Virus record (IMG/VR): IMGVR_UViG_3300035208_003871
DNA from: a virus
Lineage: Duplodnaviria > Heunggongvirae > Uroviricota > Caudoviricetes
Length of the DNA: 61,733 bases
Direction: 5' to 3' (one strand)
Both the position numbers and the translations under genes were made by a program. The notes under the pieces were generated by a model. That model did not search any database and was not told where the DNA came from. It saw only the letters and a list, made by a program, of their open reading frames with translations. Positions within the stretch are counted from its first letter, which is position 1. Each line of letters opens with the position of its first letter. Of the stretch, positions 28,338 to 36,195 are shown in pieces.

Positions 28338-28606
28338 CCCCACTTCCGAGGTTCTATTGCAGAACGACATGTGGTTTATCGGGTGAAACGGATCGGCCCG
28401 GTACGCTGGATAGCAAGTGTGACACGCAGGTTACCTTCGCCGTAGGAGTGCTATCAGAAGGTGTATACCGTAGCAGTGGCATCGTAAGCCCAAAGACTTG
28501 CTGCATAGGTCGAAGAGTCAGGCCCTTGACGATATACAAAAGTAAATCAACAGAAACTGCCAGCATCCGAGTGTTATTTGAATTTGGGTTCAATTTAACA
28601 CTTTTT
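28338..28606 (+). ncRNA. Large structured, pseudoknotted ncRNA candidate
   Basis: GC-rich non-coding tract with many helices, two H-type pseudoknots and a terminal AGTGTTA/TAACACT hairpin plus T run. Confidence 0.55.
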
Positions 28607-28765
28607 ATTGGTGAAATTATGAGTGATGAATACGAAGAAGATAAATCAAAAGTCAAGAATGAAATGACTGGTAGAATTGAAGATCGTGCTACTGGTAGTG
28701 ACTATGCTGATGGTGGCGCGATGTACAGTAAAGTCTATAAGAAGAAAGATTAACTTCTTCATTTT

Positions 28766-28839
28766 GGAACTGTAGCAAAATTGGGAAGTGCGTACGTTTG
28801 AAGGGCGTAATATTATGAGTTCGAATCTCATCAGTTCCG
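28766..28839 (+). tRNA. tRNA-Phe(GAA)
   Basis: GGAACTG/CAGTTCC, TACGT-TT GAA GG-GCGTA, ATGAG TTCGAAT CTCAT. Confidence 0.78.
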
Positions 28840-28841
28840 TC

Positions 28842-28954
28842 ACTGAAAGGTTGGGTTGATAAGGGTTACTTCGGTATTTATGGTTCGAATCCATGACTCT
28901 CTGATCAGGGAGTATAAAAGACAAAACACCTGAGTCGAAAGATCTCCTTTCGGT
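28842..28954 (+). ncRNA. Y-RNA-like module U5 with YrlA-type T arm and loop-closed acceptor stem
   Basis: Motif strands as in U1; inside TATGG TTCGAAT CCATG then ACTCTCT-GATC-AGGGAGT (7 bp). Confidence 0.82.
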
Positions 28955-28973
28955 TTAAGTTTTTAAAAAAGTT

Positions 28974-29309
28974 TTAATTGATAATGAACATTCCACCATC
29001 GTCATCTTCGTTCATTAAATTCATTAAATTCAGAATTATTTCTTCATATTCTAAATTATTAGAATAACATCCCAAAAAGTACGATAAGTACATCTTTTGC
29101 TGTATAGTTAAATCCTCGATGTATGCTATTTGTGACATTAACTCTAATGGATCAACAACATCAACCGTATGGTATCTTTTACACAAAAATTTACCTAACA
29201 TTACCATTAACTTATTAAAATATACTTCATCTATATCGTAAGGCGTCCCTTTAATTGTAAAAATCTTCGGGGGCTTCTCTTTCTCCATCACTTTGATCAC
29301 CGTCCTCAT
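28974..29309 (-). CDS. Hypothetical protein
   Basis: 111 aa minus-strand ORF. Confidence 0.6.
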   Translation of the reverse strand: MRTVIKVMEKEKPPKIFTIKGTPYDIDEVYFNKLMVMLGKFLCKRYHTVDVVDPLELMSQIAYIEDLTIQQKMYLSYFLGCYSNNLEYEEIILNLMNLMNEDDDGGMFIIN

Positions 29310-29694
29310 TCAATTTTTTATAATGTTTGACCACCGTATCCATATTCCATCGTTTACTTTCTTTATCAATCAACGTGCATTTAACTGAGTCATCTCCAAC
29401 AGTTTGCCACTCAGTACATTTCCATGACATGAAACAAATTAATTGAAAATCATTCATTAATTCCGGAATAAAACCACATAACTCGCTATTTAATATATAC
29501 GGGGAATCCAATAACTTTGAAGTTTCTATTACCTGTCCATAACTTTGCCAGTAAGGGCAACGCATCTCATTTATGCAGCCGTTAACGCATCTAATCGATT
29601 TCGAATGCCCTACGCTATATGGACACACAACATTCATAAACTGCATTGTTTCTTTATCATATATAACATATATAATATTATAAGCTTGAAACAT
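29251..29694 (-). CDS. Hypothetical protein with Cys motifs
   Basis: Minus-strand ORF; start uncertain. Confidence 0.55.
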   Translation of the reverse strand: MFQAYNIIYVIYDKETMQFMNVVCPYSVGHSKSIRCVNGCINEMRCPYWQSYGQVIETSKLLDSPYILNSELCGFIPELMNDFQLICFMSWKCTEWQTVGDDSVKCTLIDKESKRWNMDTVVKHYKKLNEDGDQSDGEREAPEDFYN

Positions 29695-29751
29695 TGCATT
29701 TATAAATTCATAACAGAAAGAATTATATGGTAAAGTAACAAATGTTTAACT

Positions 29752-30348
29752 ATGGTCAATTCAAAGTTGATTGAAATGGTTTGTATCATTGACAAATCAG
29801 GATCGATGAGTCCATTTAAAGGAGATTCTATTGGAAGTTTTAATACGTTTCTTAACGAGCAAAAGAATCTTAAATCTGATATAAACGCACTGTTTACAAT
29901 GGTGCAATTTAATACTGGTTATGATATTGTTCATAATGGTATACCAATCCAAAATGTTCCAGAATTAAATGATGCAACATATTGCTGCGTTGGTTGTACC
30001 GCGTTATATGATGCTGTTGGAAAGGCGATTGATACTATTGGAAACCGATTATCAAACACACACGAAGATCAGCGTCCTTCAAAAGTTATTGTTACTATTT
30101 TAACTGATGGTGAAGAGAACTCATCAATGGAATATAATAGTGAAAAGATTAAAAAGATGATTAAAACCCAAACCGAAGACTTTCAATGGGAATTCATTTA
30201 TTTATCCGCAAGTCCAAATGCATTCAGGGATTCTGCTGCAATGGGGATAAGTGCCCAGCAAACACAAACCGTAAATCTTAGTTCCACAAGAGGAATAAAA
30301 GACAGTTACGCAACAATTAGTTCTTGCTATTCATCATATCGAAATTAG
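29752..30348 (+). CDS. vWA domain protein (TerY-like), paralogue of 26155..26772
   Basis: IDKSGSM, TALYDAVG, ILTDGEENSS. Confidence 0.85.
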   Translation: MVNSKLIEMVCIIDKSGSMSPFKGDSIGSFNTFLNEQKNLKSDINALFTMVQFNTGYDIVHNGIPIQNVPELNDATYCCVGCTALYDAVGKAIDTIGNRLSNTHEDQRPSKVIVTILTDGEENSSMEYNSEKIKKMIKTQTEDFQWEFIYLSASPNAFRDSAAMGISAQQTQTVNLSSTRGIKDSYATISSCYSSYRN

Positions 30349-30458
30349 AATAGATTTATATATTAATATAGTTAAGTTATAACTGGAGCACGTAGTGTGC
30401 CCAAAGTAATGATAATCAGCGAGTCAGACCTTTTGAGGCTGATGACCTGCTCAACTTT

Positions 30459-30546
30459 GAGAATGTGGCTGAGCTTGGCAGAAAGCACCAGACTTAAGAT
30501 CTGGCACCAAAGGGTAAACGCACCGGTTCAAGTCCGGTCATTCTCA
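30459..30546 (+). tRNA. tRNA-Leu(TAA)
   Basis: GAGAATG/CATTCTC, CCAGA-CT TAA GA-TCTGG, variable arm. Confidence 0.88.
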
Positions 30547-30608
30547 TCAATAATGACCATTTTGTTGACGCCAACAAATTGATCTAAAATCCATTAGTTT
30601 TAAAAACT

Positions 30609-30682
30609 GGACGTGTAGCACAACTGGATAGTGCATTCTCCTGATACGGGAAAGATTTGGGGTTCAAATCCTCTCGCGTCCA
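30609..30682 (+). tRNA. tRNA-Ile(GAT)
   Basis: GGACGTG/CGCGTCC, TTCTC-CT GAT AC-GGGAA. Confidence 0.85.
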
Positions 30683-30685
30683 TTT

Positions 30686-30758
30686 GGGTGCGTAGCATAA
30701 TAGATAGTGCATCACCCTTCGAAGGTGAGTGGTAAGGGTGCAACTCCCTTCGTGCCCG
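30686..30758 (+). tRNA. tRNA-Arg(TCG)
   Basis: TCACC-CT TCG AA-GGTGA, T-loop TGCAACT. Confidence 0.82.
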
Positions 30759-30762
30759 TTTT

Positions 30763-30978
30763 ATGTCCAGAACCAAGCGAATCTATAATAAAATACGACG
30801 CAGGATGTATCACGGATATTACTTATTTTATCATCCTTATATAGAATGGTGTTGTGGCAATTGCAGTTCTTGTCGTAAACATAAAATAAAGGAAAATAAA
30901 AAACGCAAAACAAATAAACTTCGCGAATTTCATAAATTATTAATCGATGAAAATGTCCCGTACAGTAAGAACCTATAA
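30763..30978 (+). CDS. Small very basic protein (MSRTKR...)
   Basis: K/R rich; YHPY motif shared with the next ORF. Confidence 0.6.
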   Translation: MSRTKRIYNKIRRRMYHGYYLFYHPYIEWCCGNCSSCRKHKIKENKKRKTNKLREFHKLLIDENVPYSKNL

Positions 30979-31147
30979 CAAACCTTCATTTTACAAAAGA
31001 AATAGAATGTTTGGATATCATCCATATCGTCAATATAACATTTCAAAATTTTGGTTGTCTGATTATGGTGTAACTAAGCGCGGTGAGAGTAAATCCCGAC
31101 GATTACGATATCTTCACCAAATGTTAACTGACATCAATAATCTATAA
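30947..31147 (+). CDS. Small very basic protein (MSRTVR...), tandem paralogue
   Basis: MSRTxRxYNK...YHPY shared with the previous ORF. Confidence 0.6.
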   Translation: MKMSRTVRTYNKPSFYKRNRMFGYHPYRQYNISKFWLSDYGVTKRGESKSRRLRYLHQMLTDINNL

Positions 31148-31153
31148 ATATTT

Positions 31154-31348
31154 TTGCAACTCATATTATTTATGAAACTTATCCAGATACCGGTAATTGT
31201 ATTCTTAATAGCAGCAAGTATGCAGCTTGGAATCATTGTAACAGGACATTCATTAGATCAACTTGGATCTGGCTTGTGGGTTGGTTTAGCAATGCTATGG
31301 GCAATAAATTGCCTAATAATTACCAGACAACTATTATATAATTACTAA
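31154..31348 (+). CDS. Small two-TM membrane protein
   Basis: Two hydrophobic helices. Confidence 0.5.
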   Translation: MQLILFMKLIQIPVIVFLIAASMQLGIIVTGHSLDQLGSGLWVGLAMLWAINCLIITRQLLYNY

Positions 31349-31429
31349 AAACCCTAAATAATTACCATATAATCACTATCAAATAAGTAAATATTTAAGT
31401 ATAAACAAACAATATTGTAGTAGCGAACT

Positions 31430-31502
31430 GGAAGCGTCGTATAACGGTTTATTATCCTGCCCCGTCACGGCAGGGATTCGGGTTCGACTCCCGGCGTTTC
31501 CG
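31430..31502 (+). tRNA. tRNA-Asp(GTC), C33
   Basis: CTGCC-CC GTC AC-GGCAG, G73. Confidence 0.85.
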
Positions 31503-31556
31503 TCTGTCTATAGGGATCGCGATTAAAACAACAGTTCACCTATAGACAATTAAATT

Positions 31557-31642
31557 GCCGTCATATTCAAGTGGTATGGAACTGGTCCTGAAAACCAGCG
31601 CTCTGAAACAGTGGGTCGAAGGTTCAAATCCTTCTGGCGGCG
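31557..31642 (+). tRNA. tRNA-Ser(TGA), C33
   Basis: CTGGT-CC TGA AA-ACCAG, long variable arm, G73. Confidence 0.85.
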
Positions 31643-31648
31643 CTTTCT

Positions 31649-31734
31649 GACATGGTAGGCAAGTAGGTATGCCGCCGATCTGCTAAGTCGGTGCTCTGAA
31701 ATATGGGTCAGGAGTTCAAATCTCCTTCATGTCG
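31649..31734 (+). tRNA. tRNA-Ser(GCT)
   Basis: CCGAT-CT GCT AA-GTCGG, long variable arm, G73. Confidence 0.85.
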
Positions 31735-31742
31735 TACACCAT

Positions 31743-31857
31743 TCCGTGGGTGGTGAAAAAAAAACTAAAACGAGGTGTTTGAAACCCTCAACTCAACCCG
31801 AAGGAAAACAGGTGATTAACGGTGTTAATCAAAACCAAAACTTAAGGATACCACGGA
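31743..31857 (+). ncRNA. Multibranch RNA candidate within the tRNA operon
   Basis: TCCGTGG/CCACGGA closing stem enclosing GAGG/CCTC and TGATTAAC/GTTAATCA hairpins. Confidence 0.45.
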
Positions 31858-31869
31858 TATCCAATAATT

Positions 31870-31942
31870 GGATGAGTAGCAATTGTGGTAAAAGCGAATG
31901 GCTGTTAACCATTTAATGAGGGTTCGACTCCTTCCTCTTCCG
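31870..31942 (+). tRNA. tRNA-Asn(GTT)
   Basis: AATGG-CT GTT AA-CCATT, G73. Confidence 0.82.
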
Positions 31943-31946
31943 CTCA

Positions 31947-32018
31947 CTCAGTTTGGTATATCGGCTGTTGCCCTTGGCTGTAGACCAAGAGAACCCGGTT
32001 CAACTCCGGGAACTGAGA
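31947..32018 (+). tRNA. tRNA-Tyr(GTA), archaeal C1-G72 type
   Basis: CTCAGTT/AACTGAG, CTTGG-CT GTA GA-CCAAG, short variable loop, A73. Confidence 0.85.
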
Positions 32019-32030
32019 TCTCGTAAGTTT

Positions 32031-32102
32031 GCGTTGGTAGTTCAATGGTAGAATGTCTGCCCTCCAAGCAGAATGTTGGGAGTTCGATCCTCCCTCAGCG
32101 CA
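32031..32102 (+). tRNA. tRNA-Gly(TCC), C33
   Basis: GCG start, TCTGC-CC TCC AA-GCAGA. Confidence 0.85.
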
Positions 32103-32163
32103 CTCTCATTTCAATGAACTGCTGAAGGTCGATGCATCCAGTAGAGAAATGAGGAAATCAAGA

Positions 32164-32239
32164 AGCGAGATAGGCTAGCTAGGATCAGGCCGCCGGACCC
32201 ATGATCCGGTATTCTCCAGTTCGAATCTGGATCTCGCTA
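32164..32239 (+). tRNA. Initiator-like tRNA-Met(CAT), C33
   Basis: AGCGAGA/TCTCGCT (A1-U72), CCGGA-CC CAT GA-TCCGG; only two of the three initiator G-C pairs. Confidence 0.75.
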
Positions 32240-32256
32240 TCTCTCCAAAATGAAGA

Positions 32257-32329
32257 ACTGCTATGGGGAAAATGGCAATCCTGTAAGTCTTTGGAACTTA
32301 CGTTCTCGGTTCGAATCCGAGTAGCAGAA
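32257..32329 (+). tRNA. tRNA-Gln(TTG)
   Basis: TAAGT-CT TTG GA-ACTTA, CTCGG TTCGAAT CCGAG; 1-72 mismatch. Confidence 0.78.
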
Positions 32330-32371
32330 TACACGGAAAGTATAAATTGCATAAAAATAAATAATTTAGAA

Positions 32372-32443
32372 AGGATACTGGTTTATCGGTAATAATACAA
32401 GGTTCTGACCCTTGTGAGCGTGGTTCGACTCCACGGTATCCTA
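32372..32443 (+). tRNA. tRNA-Gln(CTG)
   Basis: AGGATAC/GTATCCT, CAAGG-TT CTG AC-CCTTG. Confidence 0.82.
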
Positions 32444-32449
32444 TAAAAG

Positions 32450-32908
32450 TTATATTCTCATTAAAAACTGATCCATTGGATGACCTGTTTCTAACCCTTC
32501 ATATGTATATCCAACATGTATTGGGAATATTGGACTTGTTCTAGAATCCTCACCACCAATTATAAAGTTTTTCCACAAGAATTCATTTGATGAATTTAAC
32601 ATGAAAAACGATCTCATATTTTCTGCCACCCAATGAATATAAATTTCAGCACCAATCGATTCATTAGAACGATCTCCTTTCCAATCAGATCTGCTCTTAA
32701 TAAAATCCCCGATTACTTTTGATTTTTCAACATTTGCAACACCATACGGTTCTTTAAAATAAACTAACATTTGACCATTTTTATCTGTAGTTGTCTGAAA
32801 GTCAATGCGCTCAATTACATCACTAATACTTGGATCAATATCGTCACCTTCATATCTCACAACTTCTTTTTTTGTGTATGTATCAATTAATTTTATCATA
32901 ATAATCAC
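32450..32908 (-). CDS. Hypothetical protein
   Basis: 152 aa minus-strand ORF. Confidence 0.7.
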   Translation of the reverse strand: MIIMIKLIDTYTKKEVVRYEGDDIDPSISDVIERIDFQTTTDKNGQMLVYFKEPYGVANVEKSKVIGDFIKSRSDWKGDRSNESIGAEIYIHWVAENMRSFFMLNSSNEFLWKNFIIGGEDSRTSPIFPIHVGYTYEGLETGHPMDQFLMRI

Positions 32909-32920
32909 CTTACTAAACGA

Positions 32921-33139
32921 TTATTTAAATACTTTGAATTTTTTAAGATATTCGACAATCATCTTGTTATATTGGTTTTCTTTTGGAATAGTAAACGACT
33001 GAAAACTGTCTGCGCCCGCATCCTTGTACGTTATTTTAATTTTCCCATCATCAAATCCCACAAAAGTTACCGTGTATTTTTCCTCTACCATGTAATAATA
33101 TACAACAATACCCGTTAATAATACTAGAGCCAATAGCAA
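32921..33139 (-). CDS. Small membrane-anchored protein
   Basis: N-terminal TM helix. Confidence 0.6.
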   Translation of the reverse strand: MLLALVLLTGIVVYYYMVEEKYTVTFVGFDDGKIKITYKDAGADSFQSFTIPKENQYNKMIVEYLKKFKVFK

Positions 33140-33219
33140 ATAAACTGAAAAAACCGAATAAACCGTGAAATAACCAAAAGGTTAATATATAACCTCGAAC
33201 AATTTATACTAATAATCCC

Positions 33220-33291
33220 GGATCATTGAGGTAATGGGAATCCGACAGTCCTCCAGAGTCTGTAATGTAGGTTCGATTCCTACATGGTCCA
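33220..33291 (+). tRNA. tRNA-Trp(CCA)
   Basis: GGATCAT/ATGGTCC, CAGTC-CT CCA GA-GTCTG (one U-U pair). Confidence 0.75.
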
Positions 33292-33294
33292 TTT

Positions 33295-33369
33295 GGGCAA
33301 GTAGTTCCAATTAGATAGAACGCTGGATTTGCAATTCAGAGGCTCCGGGGGCAGATCCCGGCTTGTCCA
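33295..33369 (+). tRNA. tRNA-Ala(TGC)
   Basis: G3-U70 pair, CTGGA-TT TGC AA-TTCAG, atypical T-loop GGCAGAT. Confidence 0.82.
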
Positions 33370-33422
33370 TAAACATCATACAACATCAAAAATTTAATAT
33401 ACTCTTAAGCCGAAGTATATGT

Positions 33423-33716
33423 ATGATAATGAACTTTGATAATCCTCAGTGGGATGACTTCCTAGACCGGTTATATGGTCCTGAAGGTTGCAACTTCCAG
33501 TATGATGCAGATGGCAAACCTACATGGGTTTGCAAAGCTGGCAATGATAAAACATATGCGACACTTATCCTGCAAGATATGGGATTATCCAAAGAAGAAA
33601 TTATCAAATCATGTGAGTTTTTCGATGAAAACGGAGGACATTGCGATTGCGAAATAATCTGGAATGTTGCAAGACATAATCCAAATTGTTTCGATAATGA
33701 AACCTCTAACGAATAA
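33423..33716 (+). CDS. DUF2695-like protein
   Basis: EFFDENGGHCDCEIIWNV; preceded by TCTTAAGCCGAAGT. Confidence 0.75.
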   Translation: MIMNFDNPQWDDFLDRLYGPEGCNFQYDADGKPTWVCKAGNDKTYATLILQDMGLSKEEIIKSCEFFDENGGHCDCEIIWNVARHNPNCFDNETSNE

Positions 33717-33733
33717 ATTTAAATGAATAAACT

Positions 33734-33805
33734 GGAATCATAATGTAGTGGATTGCATAGTTGGCCCTTAACCAACTTGTGAGGGTTCGAGTCCCTCTGG
33801 TTCCG
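33734..33805 (+). tRNA. tRNA-Lys(CTT), C33
   Basis: GTTGG-CC CTT AA-CCAAC. Confidence 0.82.
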
Positions 33806-33808
33806 TCA

Positions 33809-33881
33809 GGGTTTGTGATGTAACGGCTTTGCATGTCAGACTTTTAATCTGATTGTCAGGGTTCGACCCCCTGCAGACCCG
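33809..33881 (+). tRNA. tRNA-Lys(TTT)
   Basis: GGGTTTG/CAGACCC, TCAGA-CT TTT AA-TCTGA. Confidence 0.88.
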
Positions 33882-33893
33882 CTTTCAATGTGC

Positions 33894-33964
33894 AGAGGAT
33901 TAAGCTAGTGGTAAACTGGAGCGCTTACATCGCTCATTCGTGGGTTCAATTCCCTCATCCTCTA
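33894..33964 (+). tRNA. tRNA-Val(TAC)
   Basis: AGAGGAT/ATCCTCT, GAGCG-CT TAC AT-CGCTC. Confidence 0.82.
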
Positions 33965-33971
33965 TAAAGTT

Positions 33972-34409
33972 ATGTTAAAATTAAAACGATTTCATAAAGC
34001 AACTAAAGATTCTTGGGGAACTAAACCACTTGAATCATTCTCATTAGTTACACTCGATATAAAATTAACGTCCGAAGAATTTGAACTTTTATCATATGGA
34101 AGTATTCCAGAATCAATGGATAATCATTGGTTTGGATATATGGAAAACAACCAATATTATTTGTTTAGATCATGGACTGGTACTGCGACTCATATAATTG
34201 AATTCAATGTGCAATCTAATGGATCTGTTCGTGCAGTAATAGCAATGGTTGTATCATGGTGGAGAAATTTTGATTCAGAACCACCACATATATTTATAGA
34301 AGATCATATAAAATCAGTAATTAATAGAAATAAATATTATAAATTCGGAGCATATGAAAATTATCTTATAAAAGAATTTGGCAAAGATAAAGTAAAAATA
34401 ATTAAATAA
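33972..34409 (+). CDS. Conserved hypothetical protein (MDNHWF...RSWTG type)
   Basis: IPESMDNHWFGY...LFRSWTG; I recall this motif fused to macro or ADP-ribosylhydrolase domains, unverified. Confidence 0.55.
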   Translation: MLKLKRFHKATKDSWGTKPLESFSLVTLDIKLTSEEFELLSYGSIPESMDNHWFGYMENNQYYLFRSWTGTATHIIEFNVQSNGSVRAVIAMVVSWWRNFDSEPPHIFIEDHIKSVINRNKYYKFGAYENYLIKEFGKDKVKIIK

Positions 34410-34459
34410 TTAAATATTTTATATAAACTTTTTTATGTATATAAATCTAATATATATAC

Positions 34460-34720
34460 ATGGTTCAGATAATAACTACTGGTCGGGGATGTCACACTCC
34501 AATAAATTCAGAAATTCAATTTCGATGTTCTATGTGCAGACCGTGGCAAGCAACACTTGATAATAGAATAATGGATAATGCCAGAGCGTGTGCATTAAGT
34601 AGAATTGCAAAAGGAATAGTTTATCAATATCATGAACCCATTTATGAAAGAGATCCTATAACCAAAAAACTATCAATTGTAGATTATAAATTGGTAGAAA
34701 AATATAATAATAAAAGTTAA
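34460..34720 (+). CDS. Hypothetical protein
   Basis: 86 aa ORF after a TATA-rich spacer. Confidence 0.55.
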   Translation: MVQIITTGRGCHTPINSEIQFRCSMCRPWQATLDNRIMDNARACALSRIAKGIVYQYHEPIYERDPITKKLSIVDYKLVEKYNNKS

Positions 34721-34762
34721 CTTTAATCACATTCTTATTCTGGTAAATATCAATTCATTAGT

Positions 34763-35002
34763 ATGGCACTTAAGCGCAATGTTCAGGAAGCTCTCGATGT
34801 TGCATATCAGAGAGCATCAGAAATGATTGAAGAGCAAAATAATCTTAATAACTTAGATAATATAGAAATTCGTATTTATGAAGATACAACACGCATATTT
34901 TTCACATCACTGGAAGAAAATTTCATCGGATCTGGAGTTAAGTCAAGTGAAAAAACTGTAGAAATGACTTATGCTACAAGAGAAGACAGGGAAAACTTCT
35001 AA
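34763..35002 (+). CDS. Hypothetical protein
   Basis: 79 aa ORF. Confidence 0.6.
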   Translation: MALKRNVQEALDVAYQRASEMIEEQNNLNNLDNIEIRIYEDTTRIFFTSLEENFIGSGVKSSEKTVEMTYATREDRENF

Positions 35003-35248
35003 ATTCTATTTTTAAAAATTTTAAGCACTCATCTTACGAATCATTGTGCTGGATAAAGGATGGTGAAAGATGATAGGTGAACAACCTTTGCACATTAACT
35101 GTGCAATACAATATTAGTCAACTAAGTATTTATAGTTAACCTTTTGTTCCGCGCATTTATAAAAGTATTCATTTATTGTATATGTATATTTATATCCATT
35201 AATATTTTATAAAACACTTTATATAATATTAATATATAATGTAAAGAG

Positions 35249-35554
35249 ATGGAAACAGTTGACGATCTAATAAAATACTTCGAGGAAGAAGCCATCAAGA
35301 AAGCAGATAAAGGCTTTCTTTCCGAAAGAATACGCAGATTCGTCAGGGAATACTATTCTGAATATCATGAATCTCCCGTTGTTGTATATGCTCTTTTCAA
35401 TACCTATAAACGAAAATATGGCGAGGAAGTCAAAGATTCGTACTTTCGCGGCGTGATTGAGAAAGCGTGGATTACATACGTTGATGAAAATGGTGTTCAG
35501 TGGGTTAACCTTGACAAGCAGAAAAAATTGAGATTACGAAAACGGAAGGTGTAA
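35249..35554 (+). CDS. Hypothetical protein (possible winged helix)
   Basis: 101 aa ORF heading the replication block. Confidence 0.6.
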   Translation: METVDDLIKYFEEEAIKKADKGFLSERIRRFVREYYSEYHESPVVVYALFNTYKRKYGEEVKDSYFRGVIEKAWITYVDENGVQWVNLDKQKKLRLRKRKV

Positions 35555-35555
35555 A

Positions 35556-35747
35556 ATGCCAGAAGTTAAAAAATACAGGAAAAAGCCAGTTGTTATTGAA
35601 GCATATCAAACCGATATTGCAATTTTAATAAATACTCTCGAAGGAACAATGATCGCAAATCCCGGTGATTGGATTATAACCGGTATCAAGGGCGAAAAAT
35701 ATCCCTGTAAATCCGACATCTTCGATGCAACGTATGAAGAAGTTTAA
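35556..35747 (+). CDS. Conserved small phage protein (PGDYG-like)
   Basis: KKPVVIEA...TLEG...[21 protein letters not shown]. Confidence 0.75.
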   Translation: MPEVKKYRKKPVVIEAYQTDIAILINTLEGTMIANPGDWIITGIKGEKYPCKSDIFDATYEEV

Positions 35748-35763
35748 TTCACGGTGATATAAT

Positions 35764-36069
35764 ATGGAAAAATCATTCTCTTCTGATATGTACAAATCCA
35801 AAAAAAATCACGATATTGTTCTTGCTCAAAAATTTGACGAGTTTTATGAACAAAAGTGGTTCGATCATGGTATGTATACTCCATCAGATTTTATAGGTGA
35901 ATTTGGTATTAACCGACATCTTGCGCGTTACTATTTGATGATCATGGTATATGAAAAAAAGCTCTTCCGCGTGAAGTATTCCAATAAAACATTCTATGGA
36001 AAGAGAAAACCCGAATTCGTTGATAAATTTAAGGAATTTGTCTGGATGGGCGTTGAAGTAACCGTATAA
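35764..36069 (+). CDS. Winged-helix-like protein
   Basis: TPSDFIGEFGINRHLARYYLMIMV...LFRV. Confidence 0.55.
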   Translation: MEKSFSSDMYKSKKNHDIVLAQKFDEFYEQKWFDHGMYTPSDFIGEFGINRHLARYYLMIMVYEKKLFRVKYSNKTFYGKRKPEFVDKFKEFVWMGVEVTV

Positions 36070-36195
36070 TGTTAAGCCGAAATAATTAACAAATGAAACA
36101 TTTATAATCAGGCACATACATAGTTGTAATTCACAAAAACACAAACAAAAACTTTAATCAACAAATTTGATTCCTGTGACGGTGGTGATGATAGG

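Noticed and set aside
28338-28606. RNase P RNA, tmRNA or SRP RNA identity
   Set aside because: No GAGGAAAGTCC/CGGCT P4 pairing, no tmRNA acceptor/T-arm ends or tag frame, and no SRP helix 8 motif; only short T-loop-like words match.
30439-30470. Hammerhead ribozyme suggested by CTGATGA
   Set aside because: No GAAA after a stem II, and the downstream part belongs to tRNA-Leu.
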